Both the position numbers and the translations under genes were made by a program. Below the pieces are notes generated by a model. The model had not been told where the DNA came from. It made no database searches and was given only the letters and a program-made list of their open reading frames with translations. Below are positions 38,325 to 56,113 of a DNA stretch of 64,000 nt, in pieces. The stretch comes from an uncultured Gemmatimonadales bacterium (GTDB lineage Bacteria > Gemmatimonadota > Gemmatimonadetes > Gemmatimonadales > GWC2-71-9): positions 431,738 to 495,737 of the forward strand of contig CAWCFX010000004.1 in assembly GCA_963795085.1 (NCBI GenBank), written 5' to 3'. Every line of letters starts with the position of its first letter. Position 1 is the stretch's first letter.

Positions 38325-41035
38325 GCGGTGCTCTGGACCGACTGTCATCCGCCCTCGCCGAGCGCTACCGTATCGAGCAGGAACTCGGCGCCGGCGGCAT
38401 GGCCACCGTGTACCTGGCCCACGATGTCCGCCACGACCGCAAGGTCGCCATCAAGGTCCTCCGCCCCGAGCTGGCCGCGGTGATCGGCGCCGAGCGCTTC
38501 CTCCGAGAGATCAAGACGGTCGCCAACCTGCAGCATCCCCACATCCTCGGCCTGATCGACTCCGGCGAGGTAAACGGCACCGCCTATTACGTCATGCCCT
38601 TCGTCGAGGGCGAGTCGCTCCGCGACCGGCTGAGCCGGGAGAAACAGTTGCCGGTCCCCCTCGCCGTCCGCTGGGCCAGCGAGATCGCGGCGGCGCTCGA
38701 CTACGCTCACCGCCACGGCGTGATCCATCGGGACATCAAGCCGGAGAACATCCTGCTCCACGACGGCTCGGCGCTCGTCGCCGACTTCGGCATCGCGCTG
38801 GCGGTGACCTCCGTCGGCGGGAGCCGGATGACCGAGACCGGGATGTCCCTGGGCACCCCCCACTACATGAGCCCCGAGCAGGCGATGGGGGAGCGGGAGA
38901 TCGGCCCGGCCAGCGATGTCTATGCCCTTGGCGCGGTGACCTTCGAAATGCTGGCCGGCGAGCCACCTTTCACCGGTCCTACCGCCCAGGCCATCGTTGC
39001 CCGGGTGATGACCGCGGAGCCGCCCGACCTGGCATCATTGCGGAAGACAGTGCCGGAGCACGTCGCGGCAGCAGTTGATACCGCGCTACAGAAGCTTCCC
39101 GCCGACCGGTTTCCCACCGCGACCGCATTTGCCCAGGCGCTGGGAGCCCCGGGGCCCACGACCGGCCGGCGGGTGCGCGCGGTGGTCGGCCCGGTCCGCC
39201 GGTCGGTCCCGCTTTTCCTTGCCATCGGGCTCGCCGCGCTCGCGCTGGTGCTGGGCGGACTGGCGGCCGTGCTGGCCTTGGGCGCCAGGCGCGGAGACCC
39301 AGTCGGGGTCCGGGTGGCCGCCCGGCTTCCCGCCGGCCAGGAATTCCTCGCCGGTCGGGCCCTCGGCGTGGCAATTCCTCCCGACGGCTCCGGCGTCCTT
39401 TATCTGGGGCCCGGCGTCGGCCGGCGGCTGCAGTACTGGTTCCGCCAATGGGACCGGATCGGCGCCGAGCGGCTGACCCGCTCGGTCGATGAAGGGTGCT
39501 GCGCCAGCTACTCTCCCTCCGGCGACACGATCGCGTACCTCTCTGCCCCCCGCTCACTCAACCTGCTCCCGCTCAACGGCGGGCAGGCGACCACGCTGTC
39601 CGATTCCGGGTTGCTTTCGGTGACCGACTGGTGGGCCGGCCTCGACTGGTCGAAGGATGGCTGGCTCTACGCCGGCGGCTCCGAAGGCCTGCTCAGGATT
39701 GATCCCCGAACCGGGGCCCGCGAGATCGTGGCCCGGCACGACTCGGCCCGTGGCGACCTGGCCTTCCTCTGGCCCCAGGTACTGCCGGGGGGCAAGGGCG
39801 CGGTGGTGACGGTAGTCGGGCGACAGGCTCCGATCGATCCCGAGCGCGCCTCGATCGGGATCGTCGATTTCAGCACGGGACGGGTCCGGGTGATCCAGCA
39901 GGGCATCCGTGCGATTTACGCTTCCACGGGGCACCTGCTCGTAGTCAAGCCCAACGGCGTGCTCTGGGCGGTGCCCTTCGACCCGGGGTCCTTCGACGTG
40001 CGGGGGACCGAGCGCGAGTTGCGCGATACGCTCGCGGTCCGCACCGGGAGCGCCGGCCCGGGCACCGTCGATCTCGCGCTGGACCGCCACGGAACCCTGG
40101 TCTACGTGGCGGGCGGCATCGAGTCGTTCCGGGCGGTCATGGTCGATCGTTCCGGCGCCGTGCGCCCCCTGTCCGATGATGTCGCCGCCCTCCTGCTGGA
40201 CAGCCCCGCCCTTTCGTCCGACGGCCGCCGGCTGGCGATCGGGATGCGCGCCGAGGACCGCACGTCCCAGATCTGGGTCCATGCCATGGGCGATGGCGCC
40301 ATGGGCCGGTTGACCTTCGACGGTCTCCTGAACATTCGGCCGCGCTGGCGTCCGGGAACCGGCACCCTGAGCTACCTTGGCTTTGCCGGGATCGGCAAGA
40401 TCGACTTCCACGTGTTCGAGCGCGACGCCGGCGGACGGGGCGGCGTGCGCCGGATCTTCACGGGCGACCCGCGAAGCGTGGGGTCCCACGCCTGGTCGCC
40501 CGACGGACGGTGGCTGATTTTCCGGACCGACGACCAGGCCGCCGGCAACGGCGACATTCTCGCCATCCGTCCCGGGGTGGACACCGTGCCCCGCGCCCTG
40601 GTGGCCACCCCCGCCGAGGAAATGGGCCCGGCCGTATCTCCGGATGGCCGGTGGCTGGCGTATACCTCCAATGAAACCGGCCGCCGGGAGGTGTACGTCC
40701 GTCCCTTCCCCGCGACCGACGAGGCGCGCTTCCTGATCTCGCCCAGCGGCGGCATGACCCCGGTCTGGGCCCGGAACGGGCGAGAGCTGTTCTACCTGGA
40801 CGCGTCCGGCAACATGGTCGCCGTCCCGGTCGAAGGCGGCGACTCGTTTCGCTCCGGCTCGCCCGAGGTCCTGTTCCCGGCGACCCAATATTTCACGATG
40901 CCCTACCATCCGCAGTATGACGTGACGCCCGATGGCCAGCGCTTCGTGATGCTGAGCGCCCGGTCGGAAAACCTCGGGCTGGTCCTGGTGACCGGATTTC
41001 TTGCCGACCTGGAGCGACGGATGGAAACACAATGA
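38321..41035 (+). CDS. Array kinase K4: Ser/Thr kinase-TM-PD40/TolB-like beta-propeller
   Basis: Kinase motifs, TM, and SPDGRWLAYTSNETGRREVYVRPFP. Confidence 0.93.
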   Translation: MSGALDRLSSALAERYRIEQELGAGGMATVYLAHDVRHDRKVAIKVLRPELAAVIGAERFLREIKTVANLQHPHILGLIDSGEVNGTAYYVMPFVEGESLRDRLSREKQLPVPLAVRWASEIAAALDYAHRHGVIHRDIKPENILLHDGSALVADFGIALAVTSVGGSRMTETGMSLGTPHYMSPEQAMGEREIGPASDVYALGAVTFEMLAGEPPFTGPTAQAIVARVMTAEPPDLASLRKTVPEHVAAAVDTALQKLPADRFPTATAFAQALGAPGPTTGRRVRAVVGPVRRSVPLFLAIGLAALALVLGGLAAVLALGARRGDPVGVRVAARLPAGQEFLAGRALGVAIPPDGSGVLYLGPGVGRRLQYWFRQWDRIGAERLTRSVDEGCCASYSPSGDTIAYLSAPRSLNLLPLNGGQATTLSDSGLLSVTDWWAGLDWSKDGWLYAGGSEGLLRIDPRTGAREIVARHDSARGDLAFLWPQVLPGGKGAVVTVVGRQAPIDPERASIGIVDFSTGRVRVIQQGIRAIYASTGHLLVVKPNGVLWAVPFDPGSFDVRGTERELRDTLAVRTGSAGPGTVDLALDRHGTLVYVAGGIESFRAVMVDRSGAVRPLSDDVAALLLDSPALSSDGRRLAIGMRAEDRTSQIWVHAMGDGAMGRLTFDGLLNIRPRWRPGTGTLSYLGFAGIGKIDFHVFERDAGGRGGVRRIFTGDPRSVGSHAWSPDGRWLIFRTDDQAAGNGDILAIRPGVDTVPRALVATPAEEMGPAVSPDGRWLAYTSNETGRREVYVRPFPATDEARFLISPSGGMTPVWARNGRELFYLDASGNMVAVPVEGGDSFRSGSPEVLFPATQYFTMPYHPQYDVTPDGQRFVMLSARSENLGLVLVTGFLADLERRMETQ

Positions 41036-42231
41036 AAGGGGGCCTCGTGCGGGTCCCATACCTTCTCATGCTGCTGACCGGTTGCTCGGCGTCCCGGGAG
41101 GCGGCGGCTCCACCCGCGGAAGGCAGCGACTATCTCTACCTCTGGACCGCCGGCGCCGACTCGGCGGCCCCCGACTTCCTCGCCGTCTACGACGTGCGGC
41201 CTGACAGCGGGCGATACGGCGCGCTGGTGACGACCGTGCCGGTCGGGAGCGGAAACAACGGCCCGCATCACAGCGAGCACGAGCTGGCGGCCGACCGGCA
41301 GCTGTTCGTCAACGGGTATGGGAGCGGTAAGAGCTTCATCTTCGACCTCCGCGATGGCGCCACCCCGAAGCTGGTTGGCGAGTTCGGCGACCAGGCGGGG
41401 ATGAGCCACCCGCACAGCTTCCTCCGCCTGCCCGGCGGCAACGTGCTGGCCACATATCAGATGAGGCACGATTCCGCGGGCATGGGGCCGGGCGGCCTGG
41501 TCGAGATGACCCCGGCCGGCGCCGTGGTCCGTTCCAGCCCGGCGACGGGACCAGGCGTCCCGCCGGGCCTCCGTGTGTATTCCGGCGCCGTGGTGCCGGC
41601 CCTCGACCGGATCGTCACCTCGACGACCGACATGGACGAGAAGAACCCGTACCTGGCCGACCAGGTCCAGGTCTGGCGGCTTTCGACCCTGGAACTCCTG
41701 CACACGATCACGCTTCCGCCGGGCCCGCTCGGCGACGAGAGTCACTACACCGCGGAACCCCGGCTTCTTTCCGACGGCCGGACCGTCATGGTCTCCACCT
41801 TCAATTGCGGGCTGTACCTGCTCGAAGGCCTTGACGGTGACGAGCCCGCCGGCCGCCTGGTGGCGACCTTCCCCCGGAAGCCGGACAGTTATTGCGCCAT
41901 CCCGGTGGTGGCGGGGCGGTTCTGGCTGACGACCGTGCCTGCGGTTCCCGGCGTGGTGAGCCTCGACATCTCGGACCCGGCCAACCCGCGGGAAGCCGGG
42001 CGGCTGGCGCTGGGCGCGGAGGACATTCCCCACTGGATCGCGCTGGAGCCCAACGGCCGGCGGGTGGTGATGACCGGGTATGGCGCGATGAAGAACCGGG
42101 TGCTGATGGCGACGTTCGATTCCGCGACCGGCAGGCTGGCGCTGGACCAGCGATTCCGCCCGGTGGATGCCTCGACTGCCGGCTTCTCCGTCGACGGCAT
42201 CCCCCACGGCGCGGTGTTCAGCCGGCCATGA
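41032..42231 (+). CDS. Lipoprotein, selenium-binding protein (SBP56)-like beta-propeller
   Basis: Lipobox LTGC; PDFLAVYDVRPDSGRYG...GPHH resembles the SBP56 N-terminus; HPHS, PHW and PHG His motifs. Confidence 0.7.
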   Translation: MKGGLVRVPYLLMLLTGCSASREAAAPPAEGSDYLYLWTAGADSAAPDFLAVYDVRPDSGRYGALVTTVPVGSGNNGPHHSEHELAADRQLFVNGYGSGKSFIFDLRDGATPKLVGEFGDQAGMSHPHSFLRLPGGNVLATYQMRHDSAGMGPGGLVEMTPAGAVVRSSPATGPGVPPGLRVYSGAVVPALDRIVTSTTDMDEKNPYLADQVQVWRLSTLELLHTITLPPGPLGDESHYTAEPRLLSDGRTVMVSTFNCGLYLLEGLDGDEPAGRLVATFPRKPDSYCAIPVVAGRFWLTTVPAVPGVVSLDISDPANPREAGRLALGAEDIPHWIALEPNGRRVVMTGYGAMKNRVLMATFDSATGRLALDQRFRPVDASTAGFSVDGIPHGAVFSRP

Positions 42232-42292
42232 CGGGCGGGCGCGGAATGGCCCCCTGTCAGTCCACCGCCCTGGCGGTGCCGAACGGCGAAAT

Positions 42293-42321
42293 TTGACAAT
42301 GTGACCATATATGGTCATAAT
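42293..42321 (+). promoter_or_regulatory. Sigma70 promoter with overlapping palindromic operator for the TA operon
   Basis: TTGACA (42293-42298), 17 bp, CATAAT (42316-42321). Perfect 16-bp palindrome TGACCATATATGGTCA at 42302-42317. Confidence 0.85.
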
Positions 42322-42327
42322 GAGGCC

Positions 42328-42597
42328 ATGAAAACCCGAGCGGAAAAGCAGGTCAAGGTCGCCGAGCTGAAGGCTCGGCTCAGCGCGTATCTCAAGGCCG
42401 TCCGCCGGGGGGAACCGGTCACCGTCTGCGACCGGGATACCCCGATCGCCCGGCTGGTGCCCTACCGGCCAGCGGGTGAACCGCTCGCCGTCCGGGAGCC
42501 GGTGCGTGCGCTGGACGCCGTCACCCTGCCCGCGCCGCTGAAGCGCCCGGTGGACAGCCTGGCGGTTCTGCTCGAGGGACGGCAGCCATCACGGTGA
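42328..42597 (+). CDS. Phd/YefM-family antitoxin
   Basis: VKVAELKARLSAYLKAVRRGEPVTVCDRDTPIARLVP; upstream of and overlapping a PIN-domain gene. Confidence 0.92.
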   Translation: MKTRAEKQVKVAELKARLSAYLKAVRRGEPVTVCDRDTPIARLVPYRPAGEPLAVREPVRALDAVTLPAPLKRPVDSLAVLLEGRQPSR

Positions 42598-43013
42598 TTG
42601 CCTATCTCGACGCCTCCGTGGTCCTCCGCCTGGTGCTGGGAGAGCCGAACCGGCTGGCCGAGTGGGCTGCGGTAACGGCCGCGGTGGCCAGCGCCCTGAC
42701 CGAGGTCGAATCGCTCCGGACGCTGGACCGGCTGGTCCGCCTCGGCGCGCTGCCCGAGGCGGAGCTGGTGCCCCGGCGCGAGGCGGTCTATCGGATGCTG
42801 GAAGCCGCCGAAGTCGTCGACGTTGGCCGGCCGGTGCTCCGCCGCGCCTCCGATCCCTTTCCGACTCCACTGGGAACCCTGGATGCCATTCACCTTGCGA
42901 CCGCCCTGGCCTGGCGGGACATTCGGAACCTGGAGGTGACCATGGCCACGCACGACCTGGCACTGGCGGCGGCATCGCGCGCCGTGGGCCTGCCGGTGGT
43001 GGGCGCGCCATGA
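42594..43013 (+). CDS. vapC: PIN-domain (VapC-family) toxin
   Basis: YLDASVV, TEVE, LGTLDAIHLATA and THD acidic active-site motifs; GTGA overlap with the antitoxin. Confidence 0.92.
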   Translation: MIAYLDASVVLRLVLGEPNRLAEWAAVTAAVASALTEVESLRTLDRLVRLGALPEAELVPRREAVYRMLEAAEVVDVGRPVLRRASDPFPTPLGTLDAIHLATALAWRDIRNLEVTMATHDLALAAASRAVGLPVVGAP

Positions 43014-43044
43014 CCATCCTGCGACGAATCTCGCCGGAGGCGCC

Positions 43045-45654
<2,610 letters not shown>

Positions 45655-45747
45655 CGGGCCTGGTGTGCCATCCACCGCGCGCCAACACCCTGACAAAGGA
45701 CACGGACCCAGGATGCGATCGATGGTCGATCGGCCTGGCCTGACGCA

Positions 45748-48428
<2,681 letters not shown>

Positions 48429-48432
<4 letters not shown>

Positions 48433-48649
48433 CCGGGGCCCGCGATCGACTCGCCGCTGCCCTCGCCGACCGCTACCGCATCGAGCGGGCCGCGACTTAC
48501 GTCGCTGCTCGGCCCGGCGTCGCTTCGCGACTGCAGCGAGAACATTCTGCTCCGGCCAGACTGCAATCACCCTGCCATGGACCCAGGCGCACCGAATCGC
48601 GCAGCGATGGTGTGCCGAGCAGCGACGGAAGTCGCGGAACGATCAGGCA

Positions 48650-48653
<4 letters not shown>
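48429..48653 (+). pseudogene. Kinase 5' stub B read through palindromic element copy 2 (74 aa ORF)
   Basis: MTGARDRLAAALADRYRIER followed by AATYVAAR...; ATGA overlaps at both ends. Confidence 0.75.
48490..48637. mobile_element. Palindromic REPIN/MITE-like element, copy 2
   Basis: Inverted arms match at 23/24 bp (48490-48513, 48614-48637), with internal mini-hairpins. Direct repeat matches at 30/31 bp (48459-48489 and 48680-48710). Confidence 0.75.
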
Positions 48654-51291
<2,638 letters not shown>

Positions 51292-51292
<1 letters not shown>

Positions 51293-51507
51293 TGGTTCCC
51301 CCGGCTCTCGCCACCACCCTGGCCGATCGCTACCGCCTCGAACAGGCCGCGACTTACGTCGCTGCTCGGCACGGCGTCGCTTCGCGACTGCAGCGAGAAC
51401 ATTCTGCTCCGGCAAGACTGCAATCAACCTGTCATGGACCCAGGCGCACCAACTCGCGCAGCGATGGTGTGCCGAGCCGCGACGGAAGTCGCGGGAATAG
51501 GCAATGA
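51292..51507 (+). pseudogene. Kinase 5' stub C read through palindromic element copy 3 (71 aa ORF)
   Basis: GTG start overlapping the K7 TAG; MVPPALATTLADRYRLEQ followed by AATYVAAR...; the stop overlaps the K8 ATG. Confidence 0.75.
51347..51494. mobile_element. Palindromic REPIN/MITE-like element, copy 3
   Basis: Near-identical to copy 2. Arms at 51347-51372 and 51469-51494. Direct repeat matches at 26/30 bp (51317-51346 and 51535-51564). Confidence 0.75.
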
Positions 51508-53336
51508 CGGAAGCCCCCGTCCGTCTCGCCGCCGCCCTGGCCGATCGCTATCGACTCGAGCGGGAGCTGGGCGCCGGCGGCATGGCCACGGTGTATCTTG
51601 CGCACGACATCAAGCACGACCGGAAGGTGGCCATCAAGGTGCTCCGGCCCGAGCTGGCCGCGGTGATCGGCGCCGAGCGATTCCTCCGCGAGATCAAGAC
51701 CATCGCCAACCTGCAGCATCCCCATATCCTCGGCCTGATCGATTCCGGCAAAGTGAACGGCACGGCGTACTACGTGATGCCATTCGTGGAAGGGGAATCC
51801 CTTCGCGACCGGCTGAATCGGGAAAAGCAGCTCCCCATCACTGACGCGGTCCGGCTGGCCACCGAGGTGGCCGGCGCGCTCGGCTACGCCCACCGGCATG
51901 GCGTGATCCACCGCGACATCAAGCCGGAAAACATCTTGCTGCATGATGGCTTGGCCCTTTTGGCGGATTTCGGCATCGCCCTGGCCGTGAGCAGCGCCGG
52001 AGGCCGGATGACCGAGACCGGGATGAGCCTCGGCACGCCCCACTACATGTCGCCGGAGCAGGCGATGGGTGAACGGGAGATCGGCCCCACGAGCGACGTG
52101 TATGCGCTCGGTGTGGTTACGTACGAGATGCTCACGGGGGAACCACCCTTTTCCGGTCCGACGGCGCAAGCCATCTTTGCAAAGGTGATGACCGAGAAGC
52201 CGGCGCCGATCATGCTGCGGCGTGATACCGTTCCGGAAACCATCGCACGCGCGGTCGTCACGGCGCTGCAGAAGATTCCCGCCGATCGGTTTCGCAACAC
52301 GGCGGAGTTCATCGCGGCGCTGACGGCTACTTCCGCGTCGCCGGGTGGACCCGGCGCCCATACGCGAACCGTCTCGCTGGTAACCGGCAGCTTCGTGATC
52401 ACGGAAGCGCACTGCAGACTGCTTTCCCGCGCGTCGTTCGATCCCCGGCTCATCGGGTCCGAGCTTCAGTATTTCGATAATGGCGTCGCCTCTCCCGTTC
52501 TGCTGTGTTTCATCCCGGCCTTTGGCCGCGGGTCAGACCAGAACATGGAGATGCTCTCGCGGATTGGCTATCGGGCGGTCGTTCCCACCTTGCGCGGGTT
52601 CGAGCTGGACACGCCGTGGCGCCCCACGCTCACCATCGACGATCACATCGTGCTGATCCGCGAGTTTCTCCGTGAGCTTGCGACCCAGCTCGAGCCGGCG
52701 CTGATTATCGTCGCCGGTTTCTCCACCGCCGCGGATATTGCGCTGCGGTTTGCCGCGGCCCCCGATCCTGCCGCGACCCTTCGGGTAGACGGGTGCCTGA
52801 CCCTGGGGGGAAACCTGGCGCCGAGTACGTGCTTCTTTACCAGCGTGCTGGCTTCAATGAAAAATGACGACGACGATACCTTGCTGGCCGCCCTTCGGCA
52901 GGTCAGTGACACGGCCACGTCGCTCGACGAATGGGTGAACATCTGCCAGTACGCCCTCAGGATCGCGTCGACCTTTCGGAACCAGTTGGGCGTGGTGCGG
53001 ACCTTTGCGAGTGGGCTTTGGGCGCCTTTCGCCACCGAGGAGCTCACCCCCTTCGCGAACTGGTACCGGGCGGCGATGGCCAACGGTTGCCGGCTGAGTT
53101 GCGTGTTCGAGGACACGCCCATGTACCGTGGGCTCGTGCGGGAGTTGCAACTGCGAAACCTGGACGAGGGACTCCTGGGAGAACGGTATGAAGAAGGTTC
53201 GATAATTAATGAGGCCGGGACTTCCCACTTCGATCTCGTCGAGCCGGGGCGTGTGGCCCGACACGTTGATGCGCTCGTCACCCGCCTGCGCGGCAACAGC
53301 GGGGCCCGCCCCAGCTCGGCCGGCTCCCCGCGATAG
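51504..53336 (+). CDS. Array kinase K8: Ser/Thr kinase fused to an alpha/beta-hydrolase-like domain (no TM)
   Basis: Kinase motifs, then LLCFIPAFG, YRAVVPTLRGF, elbow-like AGFSTAA and a late His (TSHFD). Confidence 0.88.
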   Translation: MTEAPVRLAAALADRYRLERELGAGGMATVYLAHDIKHDRKVAIKVLRPELAAVIGAERFLREIKTIANLQHPHILGLIDSGKVNGTAYYVMPFVEGESLRDRLNREKQLPITDAVRLATEVAGALGYAHRHGVIHRDIKPENILLHDGLALLADFGIALAVSSAGGRMTETGMSLGTPHYMSPEQAMGEREIGPTSDVYALGVVTYEMLTGEPPFSGPTAQAIFAKVMTEKPAPIMLRRDTVPETIARAVVTALQKIPADRFRNTAEFIAALTATSASPGGPGAHTRTVSLVTGSFVITEAHCRLLSRASFDPRLIGSELQYFDNGVASPVLLCFIPAFGRGSDQNMEMLSRIGYRAVVPTLRGFELDTPWRPTLTIDDHIVLIREFLRELATQLEPALIIVAGFSTAADIALRFAAAPDPAATLRVDGCLTLGGNLAPSTCFFTSVLASMKNDDDDTLLAALRQVSDTATSLDEWVNICQYALRIASTFRNQLGVVRTFASGLWAPFATEELTPFANWYRAAMANGCRLSCVFEDTPMYRGLVRELQLRNLDEGLLGERYEEGSIINEAGTSHFDLVEPGRVARHVDALVTRLRGNSGARPSSAGSPR

Positions 53337-53392
53337 CGGCCAATGACTCACACCGAGAATCGTCACCGTCCCACGGACGCGAAGGAAAAGCC

Positions 53393-56113
53393 ATGACTGG
53401 GCCTATAGCGCGTCTCACGACAGCCCTGGCCGACCGCTATCGACTCGAGCGGGAGCTGGGCGCCGGCGGCATGGCCACGGTCTACCTCGCCCACGATCTT
53501 AAGCACGACCGGAAGGTGGCCATCAAGGTCCTCCGGCCGGAGCTGGCCGCCGTCATCGGGGCGGACCGCTTTCTTTCCGAAATCAAGACCACGGCCAATC
53601 TGCAGCATCCTCATATCCTGCCGCTGCATGATTCGGGAGCGGCCGATTCTTTCCTTTATTACGTGATGCCGTTCATCGAGGGCGAGTCCCTCCGCGACCG
53701 GCTCACCCGGGAGAAGCAACTCCCGGTGAACGACGCGGTCCGGATCGCCACCGAGGTGGCGGGAGCCCTGGATTACGCCCATCGTCACCACGTCATCCAC
53801 CGGGACATCAAACCCGAGAACATCCTGCTCCACGACGGCCGGGCCCTGGTCGCCGATTTCGGCATCGCGCTGGCCGCCAGCAAGGCCGGCGGCAGCCGGA
53901 TGACCGAGACCGGCGTGAGTCTCGGCACTCCACAGTACATGTCGCCGGAGCAGGCGATGGGCGAGCGGGTGATCGGTCCGCCAAGCGATGTATACGCGCT
54001 GGGAGCGGTCACCTATGAAATGCTCACCGGTGAACCGCCCTTCAGCGGTCCGTCGGCGCAGGCCATTCTCGCCAAGATCATGACGGCGGAACCGGCCGAG
54101 ATTACTTCGCTGCGGAGGACCGTACCGATCCACGTAGCCGATGCGGTGCATACGGCGCTCCAGAAACTGCCGGCCGATCGGTTCTCCAGCGCCTCCGCCT
54201 TCGCCGATGCGCTGGGAAACTCCACCCCGGGGCGCACTCGGGTCAACGGAATGCGGGTGGCAGAACGGTCAGGCCGCCGAGGCATTCGACCTCCGATCGT
54301 CGCCGCCATCGCCGCGGCAGGTCTGTTCGCCGGAATCGCCGCTGCGGGGTTCTTCCAGGGCGACGACGGATCGCGCCTGCCCGCCATGCGCTTGATGATG
54401 CAGTTCCCCGCCGGGCAGGAGTTCCGGGCCGGACGAACTCCCGTGATTACCGCGGCGCCGGACGGCTCAGGCGTCCTGTATAACGGGCCGGGGGTGACGA
54501 CACGGACCCAGTTCTGGTTTCGACCATGGAACCGGATCACCGGTGAGCGGCTCTCCCGCTCGCTCGATGAAGCATGCTGTGCCACCTATTCGCCGTCGGG
54601 GGACACGATTGCCTACCTGTCGGCTCCCCGCCAGCTCAATATCCTCCCGCTGACTGGTGGTCTCCCGGGCACCCTTCCTGACAGCGGCCTCCTCTCAGTG
54701 ACCGACTGGTTCGGCGGCCTGGATTGGGCGGACGATGGCTGGCTGTATGCGGCAGGAATTGAGGGGTTGATCCGGATCGAGCCGCGCACCCGGAAGGTGG
54801 AGTTGCTGGCCCCGCACGATTCCGCCCGGGGTGACGTGGCGTTCCTCTGGCCCGAGGTTCTTCCCGGCGGGAAGGGAGTCATCGTTACTGTGCCTGACCG
54901 CGCGTCCACCACCGACCCCGAGCGCGCTTCGATCGGCATTGCCAACCTTTCATCCGGGCGGGTCGACATCATCCTCCAGGGTGTCCGGGCCATCTACTCG
55001 CCCACCGGGCATCTCATTGTGGTCAAGCCCAATGGTGTGCTGTGGGCGGTGCCGTTCGACGTAGCTTCGCTCCAGGTGAAGGGAACCGCGCGGGAATTGG
55101 CCGACACGCTGTCGGTCCGGTCAGGAAGTGCGGCCCCCGGGGTGGCAGATCTCGCGCTCGACCGGAACGGAACGCTGACCTATGTCGCGGGAGGCATCGC
55201 CTCCTATCGGGTGGTGTGGGTGGATCGATCGGGCGACTGGCAGCCCTTCGGTGACAGCCTTCATTTCCCTGCGATAGTTGGGATCGCCCTGTCCGCTGAC
55301 GGGAAACGTCTGGCCGTCGGACTCGCGACTGAGGGTCGCAATGTGGATCTTTGGGTCCAGCCGGTCGCCGGGGGGCCCCGGGTGCGCCGGACATTCGATG
55401 GCGTTTATATCCGTCCTCGCTGGCGGCCGCGCAGCAGCAGCATCTCGTTTGTCGGCCGCCACGATTCAACCGTTGGCGTGGGGTTCCACCTCTTCGAAGC
55501 GGATGTTCGGTGGGAAGGCGAGATCCGCCGGCTGGCCGATGTCGAGTCCCGTCACATCGGCGGTCACTCCTGGTCTCCTGACGGGCAGTGGTTGATCTAC
55601 CGCACGGATGACCAGGAACCCGGCAATGGGGATATCATGGCGATACGCCCCGGCCTGGACAGGGCACCTCGTCCATTGGTTGCTACGCCGGCGGAAGAAC
55701 TTGCACCAGCCGTTTCTCCTGATGGTCGCTGGCTGGCATATACGTCAAACGAATCCGGCAGGCGGGAAGTCTATGTGCGACCTTTTCCCGCCACCAGCGA
55801 AGCACGATACCAAGTCTCAACAGCGGGAGGGGTTACTCCGGTCTGGAGTCCCACCGGGAGGGAGCTGTTTTTCCTTGACGCATCCCAGAACATGGTAGCC
55901 ATGCCGGTCGCGCCCGGCCCCGGGTTCCGGACCGGCTCACCCCAAGTGCTCTTCTCCGCTACGGGATACTTCAGCCAGGTCTACCAGCAGATGTTTGATG
56001 TTTCCTCCGACGGGCAGCAGTTTGTCATGATCCGGGCCGAAGCTCGTGAGCAAGGCGTTGTGGTAGTGACGGGTTTTCTCGATGACCTCAAGCACCGAAT
56101 GGCGGACCGATGA
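53393..56113 (+). CDS. Array kinase K9: Ser/Thr kinase-TM-PD40/TolB-like beta-propeller (sensor paralogous to K4)
   Basis: Kinase motifs; shares CCAxYSPSGDTIAYLSAPR and DSGLLSVTDW with K4. Confidence 0.93.
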   Translation: MTGPIARLTTALADRYRLERELGAGGMATVYLAHDLKHDRKVAIKVLRPELAAVIGADRFLSEIKTTANLQHPHILPLHDSGAADSFLYYVMPFIEGESLRDRLTREKQLPVNDAVRIATEVAGALDYAHRHHVIHRDIKPENILLHDGRALVADFGIALAASKAGGSRMTETGVSLGTPQYMSPEQAMGERVIGPPSDVYALGAVTYEMLTGEPPFSGPSAQAILAKIMTAEPAEITSLRRTVPIHVADAVHTALQKLPADRFSSASAFADALGNSTPGRTRVNGMRVAERSGRRGIRPPIVAAIAAAGLFAGIAAAGFFQGDDGSRLPAMRLMMQFPAGQEFRAGRTPVITAAPDGSGVLYNGPGVTTRTQFWFRPWNRITGERLSRSLDEACCATYSPSGDTIAYLSAPRQLNILPLTGGLPGTLPDSGLLSVTDWFGGLDWADDGWLYAAGIEGLIRIEPRTRKVELLAPHDSARGDVAFLWPEVLPGGKGVIVTVPDRASTTDPERASIGIANLSSGRVDIILQGVRAIYSPTGHLIVVKPNGVLWAVPFDVASLQVKGTARELADTLSVRSGSAAPGVADLALDRNGTLTYVAGGIASYRVVWVDRSGDWQPFGDSLHFPAIVGIALSADGKRLAVGLATEGRNVDLWVQPVAGGPRVRRTFDGVYIRPRWRPRSSSISFVGRHDSTVGVGFHLFEADVRWEGEIRRLADVESRHIGGHSWSPDGQWLIYRTDDQEPGNGDIMAIRPGLDRAPRPLVATPAEELAPAVSPDGRWLAYTSNESGRREVYVRPFPATSEARYQVSTAGGVTPVWSPTGRELFFLDASQNMVAMPVAPGPGFRTGSPQVLFSATGYFSQVYQQMFDVSSDGQQFVMIRAEAREQGVVVVTGFLDDLKHRMADR

